From an uncultured Candidatus Binatia bacterium (GTDB taxonomy: Bacteria > Desulfobacterota > Binatia > UBA9968 > JAJDTQ01), in contig OZ219754.1 in assembly GCA_964291295.2 (NCBI GenBank), positions 2,432,001 to 2,496,000 of the forward strand: a stretch of 64,000 nucleotides of DNA. The letters are read 5' to 3'. The position numbers were made by a program, and so were the translations under genes. Under the pieces are notes generated by a model that was not told the origin of the DNA, ran no database searches, and saw only the letters and a program-made list of their open reading frames with translations. Shown in pieces: positions 18,238 to 25,540 of the stretch; the first letter of the stretch is position 1; each line of letters begins with the position of its first letter.

Positions 18238-19689
18238 TCAGGTCCGCCCGAGGGTCAGTGAGAAATCCGGCTTGCGGATGTGGATGCGGCCGGCCTTGTC
18301 CTGGCGGGCGAGTTCGCCCACCAGCCGCACCAGCGGGTTGCCGGCGTTCAGGCAGTCCCTGGGCCTGTCGCCGTCCGGCAGCGCCTTCACCGCCTCCTCG
18401 CCGGCGAAGACCCGAAGCAGAAACTCCTCGTCGGACACGTGGGTGGCGCCGAGTTGCCGGCGCACCTCCTGGATGGACGGCGAGGGCAATTCCCAGCGCT
18501 CCCATTCCCGGGCCCGGGGACGCCCGAGGATACGGTCCTTGACCTCCGGGTCCATGTACCGGGCCCCTTCACGGCCCCAGTAGCCCAGCGCATACTGGAT
18601 GGCCTGGTCGGTGACCTCCTTGTAGCGCTCGCCGACGATGACGTTGATGGCCGCCTGGGTGCCCACGAACTGGGACAGCGGCGTCACCATGATGGGGTAA
18701 CCCCACTCCTCGCGCACCCGAACGCACTCCTCCAGGATCGCGTCGAGCCTGTCGCTCATGTCGATGAGCGCGAGCTGGTGGCGGAAGTTGGAGATCATGC
18801 CCCCCGGCACCTGATGCGTGTACTGTGATTCGTCGTACTCCATCACCCGGCCCACCGGCAGCTTGTCCCGCCGGGCGACGGCGTGGAGCTTCTCCGTCAC
18901 CGGCCGCAGCGCCTCTTCGTCGATGAGCGGATTGTGTCCCATGGCCCGGAGGTTCCGCGCCACGTTGAAGATCGACGGTTGTGCCGAGCCGTTGGCCAGC
19001 GGCGGGATGCCGGTGTGCAGCGTGGTCAGCCCCATTTCCACCGCCTCGAGGTAGCAGAGCGGCGCCAGCCCGTTGTTGCAATGGGCGTGGAACTCCACCG
19101 GCGTGCCGCCGATGTTCTCCAGCACGATGGGGATCAGCGTCCGGGCCCGTTCCAGGGTCAACAGACCGCCCACGTCCTTGAAGCAGATCCGCACCGGGTC
19201 GATGGCGGCGGCCTCCCGCGCTTTCCGCGCGTAGTAGGCGTCGGTATGCCGCGGCGACACCGAGTAGATGAGATTCACCACCGTGTCCATGCCGAGCTTC
19301 TCGAGCGCGCTCTTCTCCCGGGCGAACTCGTCGTAGTCGTTCCACGAATTGGAGGTGCGGGTGAGGGTGATGCCGTAGTCCATGATCCGTTGGATCATGA
19401 GCTCGAACACGCAGACCGGGATCTTCTCGATGAGCTTGAGGCCGCCGTGGAGCCGCAGCGGCGTCTTCCGGAAACGCCGTGTGCCCAGCCGGAACCAGTC
19501 CCAGGCGTTCTCCTTCTGCTCCCGTACCAGCTTCTTGAACATCACCGTGACGAAGAACTCGGCCGACTCGAAACCGGCCTCGTCGATGTGCTCCGCCACC
19601 GCCAGCATGGCGTCCGTGCGCATGTTCAGCGCCCACAGGCTCTGGTTGCCGTCGCGCACGGTGGTGTCGATGAAACGAACGTCGCTCAT
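18238..19689 (-). CDS. Pyruvate carboxylase subunit B / oxaloacetate decarboxylase alpha-like carboxyltransferase (no biotinyl domain)
   Basis: DTTVRDGNQS, FKDVGGLL, HAHC, HQVPGGM, GYPIMVTPLSQ; no MKM biotin motif. Confidence 0.85.
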   Translation of the reverse strand: MSDVRFIDTTVRDGNQSLWALNMRTDAMLAVAEHIDEAGFESAEFFVTVMFKKLVREQKENAWDWFRLGTRRFRKTPLRLHGGLKLIEKIPVCVFELMIQRIMDYGITLTRTSNSWNDYDEFAREKSALEKLGMDTVVNLIYSVSPRHTDAYYARKAREAAAIDPVRICFKDVGGLLTLERARTLIPIVLENIGGTPVEFHAHCNNGLAPLCYLEAVEMGLTTLHTGIPPLANGSAQPSIFNVARNLRAMGHNPLIDEEALRPVTEKLHAVARRDKLPVGRVMEYDESQYTHQVPGGMISNFRHQLALIDMSDRLDAILEECVRVREEWGYPIMVTPLSQFVGTQAAINVIVGERYKEVTDQAIQYALGYWGREGARYMDPEVKDRILGRPRAREWERWELPSPSIQEVRRQLGATHVSDEEFLLRVFAGEEAVKALPDGDRPRDCLNAGNPLVRLVGELARQDKAGRIHIRKPDFSLTLGRT

Positions 19690-19836
19690 GGTGCGGCTCC
19701 CGGTGGAGTGTGGCCGCCGGCAGAAACGCCGGCAGGGTCCACCCCGAAGCATGCCCCGGGGGCAGGGGGGTGTCAACGGCCGCCGCCGATGGACGGGATC
19801 CTCGGAGCCCCCGCTGGAATCGGTGCGGGGGGTGTG

Positions 19837-19849
19837 ACGGTAAAACTCC
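19837..19849 (+). repeat. Candidate attL core
   Basis: ACGGTAAAACTCC; matches ACGGAAAACTCC at 39288-39299. Confidence 0.4.
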
Positions 19850-20399
19850 GAACGGAGTCGAGATCGGGCGAGATTGCCCTGCACACCACCATCGCCTGAA
19901 ACGCCGACGTCACAAGGGATGGGAGCCGTCGCGGCGATTGAGCGAGACGACCGGTCCGCGATCTTCGAGCGCGTTCCGCGTTGTCGTTCGATCACAAAAG
20001 GAACAGAACGCGGCGCGGAGTGCAAACGGCGGGGGGCAGTCTTCACACATGGCGCACCTGAGCCGGCGGTGTTACCTCGGCGGCACGGGCGCCGCCGCAC
20101 ATGTTCGGCGGAGCCGGAGGACGCCGCGCGCATGTTACCGCGATACAAGCGTGCTCGACGAAGGCGGGGCTGTTCAGGGTGATCGCATGCTGCTCACACA
20201 TTACCGCAGACGCAGACGGGGATGGCGCACCCGTTACCGCGGCGTCAGCCGCGCGGGTGCGGTGACGGTTGCGATAGCCGTTGCGATCAGAGGCGCCGAC
20301 GGCGGCGCCTGCACGACTGCGGGCAGCGGTGCGAAGCACCGTGCCGCGCTGGTCCGGCAGCAGCGCCGGCAGTGGGCGGGTCAGCAGTGCCGGCGGCAC

Positions 20400-20440
20400 T
20401 GCATCACGGGCTGCGCCGGATCGGCGCAGCCCGTGATGCA
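20400..20440. repeat. Perfect 19-bp inverted repeat (hairpin) in the island's non-coding left arm
   Basis: TGCATCACGGGCTGCGCCG-GAT-CGGCGCAGCCCGTGATGCA. Confidence 0.85.
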
Positions 20441-20636
20441 CCCATGCGAAGCATGGCGCAGCGGCGCGTGACGCGGACGCTGAACGCAATGGCGAGCGGC
20501 GAGCGACAGAGAGCCGGAGCACGGGCGCGGCGCGTAGCGCCCGCGCGAGGCGTCGGCGGCGCGACGGGTATACGCCTATGGAGACGGACCGCGACGCCGC
20601 CGGAGCGGAGACGACGCGGTCCGTGGGTGCGGCGGG

Positions 20637-21563
20637 TCAGGCGGCGCAGCGGAGCACCGGGATGCCGAGGCTGCGGGCCTTTTCGATGAGGTTCTCGGTG
20701 ATGCCGGAGCCGGGGAAGGCGATGACGCCCTTGGGCAGGAGGTTGAGCAGTTCGTCGTTGCGGCGGAAGGGTGCGGCGCGTCCGTGGCGGTCCCAGTCGG
20801 GCTTGCAGACGACCTGGTGGACGCCGTTCCGCTCTGCCCAGCTGGCGGCGATCTTCTCGACGCCGGGGCCGCCGCCATGCACGAGGACGAGGTCGGCATA
20901 CTTGGCGCGGACCTTGTCGAGGCGCTCGATGACGGCCGCCGGGTTGGCGATGTCCTTGCCGCCGGTGATGGCGACGAGGGTTCCCTGCGGCAGGTGGGCC
21001 TGTGTCTTGCGGTCCTTGCGGGCGCGGTTGAAGTCGCGGGCGTCGATGGCGGCGCTGGTGAGCTTGCCGGTCTGCGACGCATGCGATCCGCGCCGGGGCC
21101 GCCAAGTGTCGTCGGTCTCGACGCGGTAGGCTTTGGCGGCCTCGTTGCGCAAGGTCTCGAAGGCGTCGCGTCGGTCGGAGAGGTTCCGGGCGCGGTCGGT
21201 CGTGAGTTCCAGTTCCAGGGACCTGATCTCGGAGCCGTCTTGTTCGCGCTGGAGGTCGCGGAGTTCGGGGGTGAGCCTGTCGGCGGCGCGGTCGAGGCGC
21301 TGTGTCTGAGCGTGGAGCATGTTGACGAAGCCCCAGAGGAGGTGTTCGCGATCGTCGGCCATCTGGGTGCCGTCGGGCGCGACGCCCTGGCTGAGGATGC
21401 GGAAGGCTTCGGTGACGGCGCAGACGGCATCGTCCTCGTCCCAGATCTCGCGGGTGTCGAACTCGTCGCGCTTGGGGGTTGCGCCGAAGAGTGCGGCGTT
21501 GTCGCAGACCATCGCGGTTGCGGACTGTGCTGCGGTCTCGATGGTGTCGGTATGGAAGGTCAT
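20637..21563 (-). CDS. DUF2493 (YspA/SLOG-related) family protein of plasmids/ICEs
   Basis: C-terminal VAITGG...VLVHGG..G.E.IA..WA......KPDW..HGRAAPF.RND......P.GVIAFPG.GI motif; GAAAGGA RBS. Confidence 0.8.
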   Translation of the reverse strand: MTFHTDTIETAAQSATAMVCDNAALFGATPKRDEFDTREIWDEDDAVCAVTEAFRILSQGVAPDGTQMADDREHLLWGFVNMLHAQTQRLDRAADRLTPELRDLQREQDGSEIRSLELELTTDRARNLSDRRDAFETLRNEAAKAYRVETDDTWRPRRGSHASQTGKLTSAAIDARDFNRARKDRKTQAHLPQGTLVAITGGKDIANPAAVIERLDKVRAKYADLVLVHGGGPGVEKIAASWAERNGVHQVVCKPDWDRHGRAAPFRRNDELLNLLPKGVIAFPGSGITENLIEKARSLGIPVLRCAA

Positions 21564-21952
21564 GTCGGTTTCCTTTCGGTTTTCATGTTCGAGGCCGATC
21601 CCCGCTGTGATGTCCTGTTGGGACAAGCGCGCGGACCGCAGCCACCGGGGCCGGAATGAATGGCCTGGCGGGATGCGCGAGTGGTGCGGGCGCACAAGCG
21701 AGCGTCAGCGAGCGCGGAGCCACGGTCGCGCATGGCGCCAGGCTTAGGCGCTTGCGCCGTTTCATTCCGAGTCCCGGCCGGAACGGAGCGCCAGCGGAGT
21801 GGAGGACCCCTTAGGGGTTGGCGGAGGGAGCACGTGTGGCACAATGGGACAGCACAGCACTCGGCCAATTCTCTCCACCTGTACGGCCCCATCGGCGGTC
21901 GGGCCGGCACGGCGTTCGGGAGGTATCTCCGCTCTTGCCGCCCGCCTTTGCG

Positions 21953-22180
21953 TCAGTTCCACAGGGGATGGGAGTCGCCCCGCTGCCGGGCGATCTCTCG
22001 GATGCGGGCGTGGTCGTGGAGGTAGACGGGTCCGCGCGGGTCTTCGTCGAGATGTATGGCGAACACCCTGCGTCCCGGCCGGATGCTGTCGTCGAAGGCG
22101 TGGACGTTTCCGACATGGTCGCCGTCCCGGTAGATGCGGGATTCGTCGGGGGCGATGCGGCGGAAGGTGATGTTGCTCAT
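21953..22180 (-). CDS. Small hypothetical protein (75 aa)
   Basis: ATG after GGAG; MSNITFRRIAPDESRIYRDG...; same orientation as the backbone genes. Confidence 0.55.
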   Translation of the reverse strand: MSNITFRRIAPDESRIYRDGDHVGNVHAFDDSIRPGRRVFAIHLDEDPRGPVYLHDHARIREIARQRGDSHPLWN

Positions 22181-22303
22181 CGGGTTCTCCGGGTCGCGTG
22201 ATGGTCGCGCGAGCGGACTCCCTCTCCTCCTCGCGCGGTTCACCCGCTTTCCAGCCTCGCTCCCACTCCCGCATGCGCCGCGGCGAGACTCGAACCTGCC
22301 TGC

Positions 22304-22338
22304 ATAAGAAAAGGGCCGACGCGCGAGGCGCCGGCCCC
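22304..22338 (-). terminator. Intrinsic terminator downstream of ssb
   Basis: Minus strand GGGCCGGCGC-CTCGC-GCGTCGGCCC followed by TTTTCTTAT. Confidence 0.7.
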
Positions 22339-22358
22339 TTTCGGAGCGAAATGCGGTA

Positions 22359-22811
22359 TCAGAATGGGATCTGATCCATGTCCGGGTCGGCGTCGTTGCC
22401 CGGCGCGGGCAAACCGTTCACCGGCACCTGGACTTCCGCTGCCGCGCTGTTGCCGTTCGCCTTGTCGAGGAACTGGATGCGCGAACCGGGCGCCGGCAGG
22501 ATCTCGGTGGAGAAACGGTCGGAGTCCTCGCCGTCCTTGTGCCAGCGCCGGGTCTGCATCGTGCCCGCGAGGTAGACCAGCCGGCCCTTCCTGGCGTGCT
22601 TGACCAGCATGTCGATGAGGCCGTCCTGGAAGGTCACCGCCCGGTGCCACTCGGTCCTGTCGATGCGCTCGCCGCTGCCGTTCCGGTCGATATAGCTCTC
22701 GTCGGTCGCGATGCTCGGATTGGCGACGCGCCCGCCCGATGCGAGGTGGTTCAGGGTGACGTCGGCGCCGAGGCGGCCGATGACTTCCGCGCGGTTGAGT
22801 CCGAAGCTTAT
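22359..22811 (-). CDS. ssb: Single-stranded DNA-binding protein (start codon ATA; possibly inactivated)
   Basis: In-frame (M)SFGLNRAEVIGRLGAD...IATDESY...TEWHR...KG.LVY..G.MQTR.W...STEI and C-terminal DQIPF; AAGGAG precedes ATA at 22811. Confidence 0.85.
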   Translation of the reverse strand: MSFGLNRAEVIGRLGADVTLNHLASGGRVANPSIATDESYIDRNGSGERIDRTEWHRAVTFQDGLIDMLVKHARKGRLVYLAGTMQTRRWHKDGEDSDRFSTEILPAPGSRIQFLDKANGNSAAAEVQVPVNGLPAPGNDADPDMDQIPF

Positions 22812-22892
22812 GGGATTCTCCTTCAGGTTCGCGTTGATGACGATGGGATGCGAACGACGGGGATCGGGACACCTCCCCGGCTCCCTTGCCGT

Positions 22893-23069
22893 TCACCCTT
22901 CCCCTGCTTCCCTCCAACTCCCGTCCGCCGGGACCTCGCGGTCCGGGCAACGGCGGGCGTAGTCGTCGATCAGCGTCTCGCGGACCGGTTGGAAGTCCAC
23001 GCCGGTCTCGGCGAGCAGGGCGCCGGCGGACGGGGTGATGGGCTCGAAGTCGGTGCAAGGGTCGAACAT
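22893..23069 (-). CDS. Small hypothetical protein (58 aa)
   Basis: GAGGAG RBS then ATG; MFDPCTDFEPITP... Confidence 0.4.
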   Translation of the reverse strand: MFDPCTDFEPITPSAGALLAETGVDFQPVRETLIDDYARRCPDREVPADGSWREAGEG

Positions 23070-23192
23070 GTCGGGTCTCCTCTCGGGTTCGGTCCCGGCA
23101 AGCGAGAGACCCACTCTCTCCGGCCCTGCCGGGCGCTTGCCCGGCATGCGCTGTCCTCTTCCCCGCAACCGCCCCCGCCGGACGGGGGCCGC

Positions 23193-24210
23193 TCAGGACC
23201 AGCCGGTCGCCGCGGCGGTGATCGGCGCGTCGCTCACGATCTCGACTGATCGCGCGAGAGCTTCGCGAACACCAGGCTGGCCGCCGCCTCGGCCTCCGAT
23301 TCGTAGGAGCCGTGCTCCGCCCCCGTGGCGAGCTCGACGACGATGAACTGCGGGTTCCATGCAAGGATGCCTCTGAAGTGCGCGGACCGCTCGTGAGACC
23401 GTGCGGTGCACGCGGGACAACGGCAGGCGCCGAATGCCGGCCGGCCGCAATCGGTACACTCGGAGCGGGCGCGCCGCCGGGCGTAGCGCTCGCGGGCGCG
23501 TTCGTTCTTCCCGTCCTTGTCGCGGCGCTCGGCCTCGACGGCGGCGCAGACGCCGCACCGGGACTGGCCGTCGAAGGCCGGGCGGCCGCAGGAGACGCGG
23601 AGGCCCGCCGCCCGGCGGGCGCCGTACCGTTCCCGGTCCACGACACGGCGGGCTTCGAGGCATGACCCGCAGGTTGTGCCTCCTTCGACGGAAGGTTGGC
23701 GGCCACATCGGGTGCACACGCCGGCATCGAGCCGGGCCTGCCGGCGTTTCGCGCTGGCGAGACGGGCGCTCCGGCGCTTGGCCTCCGGGTCCTTGCCCCC
23801 GTAAGGCTCGCCCCGGGCGCCTGCCTCGGCGTAGCGTTGGCGGTCGGCGGCGCGGCGCTTTCCGGCGCAGCCGGCGCAGAGGCGCCGCTCTTCCTGCGGA
23901 GGATTGGCGCCGCACTTCGTGCAGACCCCCGCCGCGAGCCGCTCGGCGGCCTGCCGCGGGACCGGCCGCGCGCGCAGGACTTCGCGCGCTCCGGGTCCCT
24001 GCGCGGTTTGCCTTCGGCCCGCAGCCGGGCGTCGCGGGCGCGGCCGGTGGCACGGGCACGCTCGGCGCACGGCTCGCAAATGCTTCGATCAGGCTCCGGC
24101 TGGCGCTTTCCGCGCTTCCGGCACAGGCCGGCGGCGCGACGTTCGGTAGTGCGCCAGGCCATTCGCTCACGGTCGCGCTCGCGGCCGACGGCGGGGTCGC
24201 GGTAACTCAT
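23193..24210 (-). pseudogene. Frameshifted Cys-rich repeat protein (about 5 CxxC-x8-11-CxxC zinc-finger-like repeats)
   Basis: Pieces lie in three frames: MSYRDPAVG...ICEPCAE; GVCTKCG...CAGC, GVCTRCG...CGSC, VSCG...CGVC, CTDCG...CPAC; then VEIVSDAP. Frameshifts near 23960 and 23245. Confidence 0.65.
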
Positions 24211-24283
24211 CGGCTGCTCCGGGTCGGGGGGTGGAATACGGCCGGCGGCGGACTGCGGCGGGCCGGCAGGATGTCCGGGGCGA

Positions 24284-24610
24284 TCACCCGCGCTGGCGGC
24301 GGTCGGCGAAAATCCCGAGGCTGCGCCAGCCCCACAGCTGCGCCCCGCAGTGCCGCAGTCTGACCCCCGTCGCGATGATGATCTCGTCCCGGGCCGGACG
24401 CATCTCCTCAAGCGCCTTCGCGGTGACGATCGTGCCCCGGGCCTTGCGACGGCCCTTGTGTGCCGCGCCGCCAGACCGGACGGGAACGATCTCGCCATCG
24501 GTCTTCGAGACGTAGCGCTCGACGACATAACGGTCGTCCTCGAGACCGCCGCCGACGAAATGGATGAGATAGGTGCGCGCGTCGCCGCGCGGTGCGATTG
24601 CCGCCTGCAT
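24284..24610 (-). CDS. Hypothetical protein (108 aa)
   Basis: GAAGGAG RBS then ATG; MQAAIAPRGDARTYLIHFVGG... Confidence 0.45.
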   Translation of the reverse strand: MQAAIAPRGDARTYLIHFVGGGLEDDRYVVERYVSKTDGEIVPVRSGGAAHKGRRKARGTIVTAKALEEMRPARDEIIIATGVRLRHCGAQLWGWRSLGIFADRRQRG

Positions 24611-24802
24611 CGTGCCGTGCTCCTTCGACAGGTGAATGGGAACGGCGGCAGCGCCCCTCCCTGCGGAGCGCGGACCACCGTCCCGCTCACGGCCAGACTT
24701 CGCCTCTCGGCGGCGCTCCGGCGCCGACGAGTGACGGCCCCTGCGACGGCTATACGGATACCGGCCGGCGCGGCCTCTCCAGTCGGGGGGCGCGCCGGTG
24801 TC

Positions 24803-24833
24803 TTGATTGCATCGCAGTCTCTGATAGGATGCA
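24803..24833 (+). promoter_or_regulatory. Promoter and putative antitoxin operator of the defence operon
   Basis: TTGATT-16 bp-TAGGAT, overlapped by inverted repeat TGCATC...GATGCA, just upstream of fitA. Confidence 0.55.
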
Positions 24834-24860
24834 GCTGGCCGGTAGGCGGAGGACAGGGGC

Positions 24861-25106
24861 ATGGTGAGCATCACGATCCGCAATCTCGACGACGAGGTGA
24901 AGACGCGGCTGCGTGTGCGGGCCGCGGAACACCACCGCTCGATGGAGGAAGAAGCGCGCATCATCCTATGTGATACGGTGAACGACGGGCGGGCTTCGCC
25001 CCGGGACCTCGCGAAGTTCACGCGAGAGTGCTTCGCGCCGCTGGGCGGCGTCGAGCTGGAGCTTCCCACGCGGGTCGCAATGCGCGAGCCGCCCGACTTC
25101 TCCTGA
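24861..25106 (+). CDS. fitA: FitA-like ribbon-helix-helix antitoxin
   Basis: SITIRNLDDEVKTRLRVRAAEHHRSMEEEARIIL; C-terminal GGVELELP.R...R.PDF. Confidence 0.9.
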   Translation: MVSITIRNLDDEVKTRLRVRAAEHHRSMEEEARIILCDTVNDGRASPRDLAKFTRECFAPLGGVELELPTRVAMREPPDFS

Positions 25107-25117
25107 GCCGCCCGGGA

Positions 25118-25540
25118 ATGTATGTCATAGACACCAATGTGGCGTCCGAACTGATGCGGCCTTCACCGTTTCGCGTCGTCTCGGCGGGGATTGCCGGTCG
25201 AGACGCGGCAGAGTTGTGCCTGTCGGCCGTGAGCGAGGCCGAGCTTCTGTACGGCGTCGCGATCGTGCCGGCGGGCAGACGGCGCAATGCACTTGAGGCC
25301 GCCATGTCCCGATGGCTCGATACCGGCTTCGCGGAGCGGATTCTGCCGTTCGACAGCGCCGCGGCGCGGGACTATGCGGACATCGTGGCGGGCCGGCGTT
25401 TCGCCGGACGTTCGATCGCCCCGGCGGACTGCCAGATCGCCGCCATCGCCGGCTCGCGCGGCATGGCGGTGGCGACCCGCAATGTCCGGGACTTCGAGGA
25501 TACCGGCATAGAGGTCGTCGATTCTTGGGCGGCGGCATGA
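25118..25540 (+). CDS. vapC: VapC/FitB PIN-domain toxin
   Basis: MYVIDTNVASE, SEAEL..G, ILPFD, DCQIAAIA, ATRNVRDF. Confidence 0.92.
   Translation: MYVIDTNVASELMRPSPFRVVSAGIAGRDAAELCLSAVSEAELLYGVAIVPAGRRRNALEAAMSRWLDTGFAERILPFDSAAARDYADIVAGRRFAGRSIAPADCQIAAIAGSRGMAVATRNVRDFEDTGIEVVDSWAAA

Noticed and set aside
19700-19900. tRNA/tmRNA as the island integration target
   Set aside because: No cloverleaf or T-loop/CCA signature recognised at either island end.
20561-20578. Similarity to a MOBQ/Ti-type oriT nick region (GCGACGGGTATACGCC)
   Set aside because: Match too weak, and no relaxase in the element.
22240-24690. 816-aa minus-strand ORF in the island
   Set aside because: Mostly off-frame; only a short part corresponds to the N-terminus of the frameshifted Zn-finger gene.
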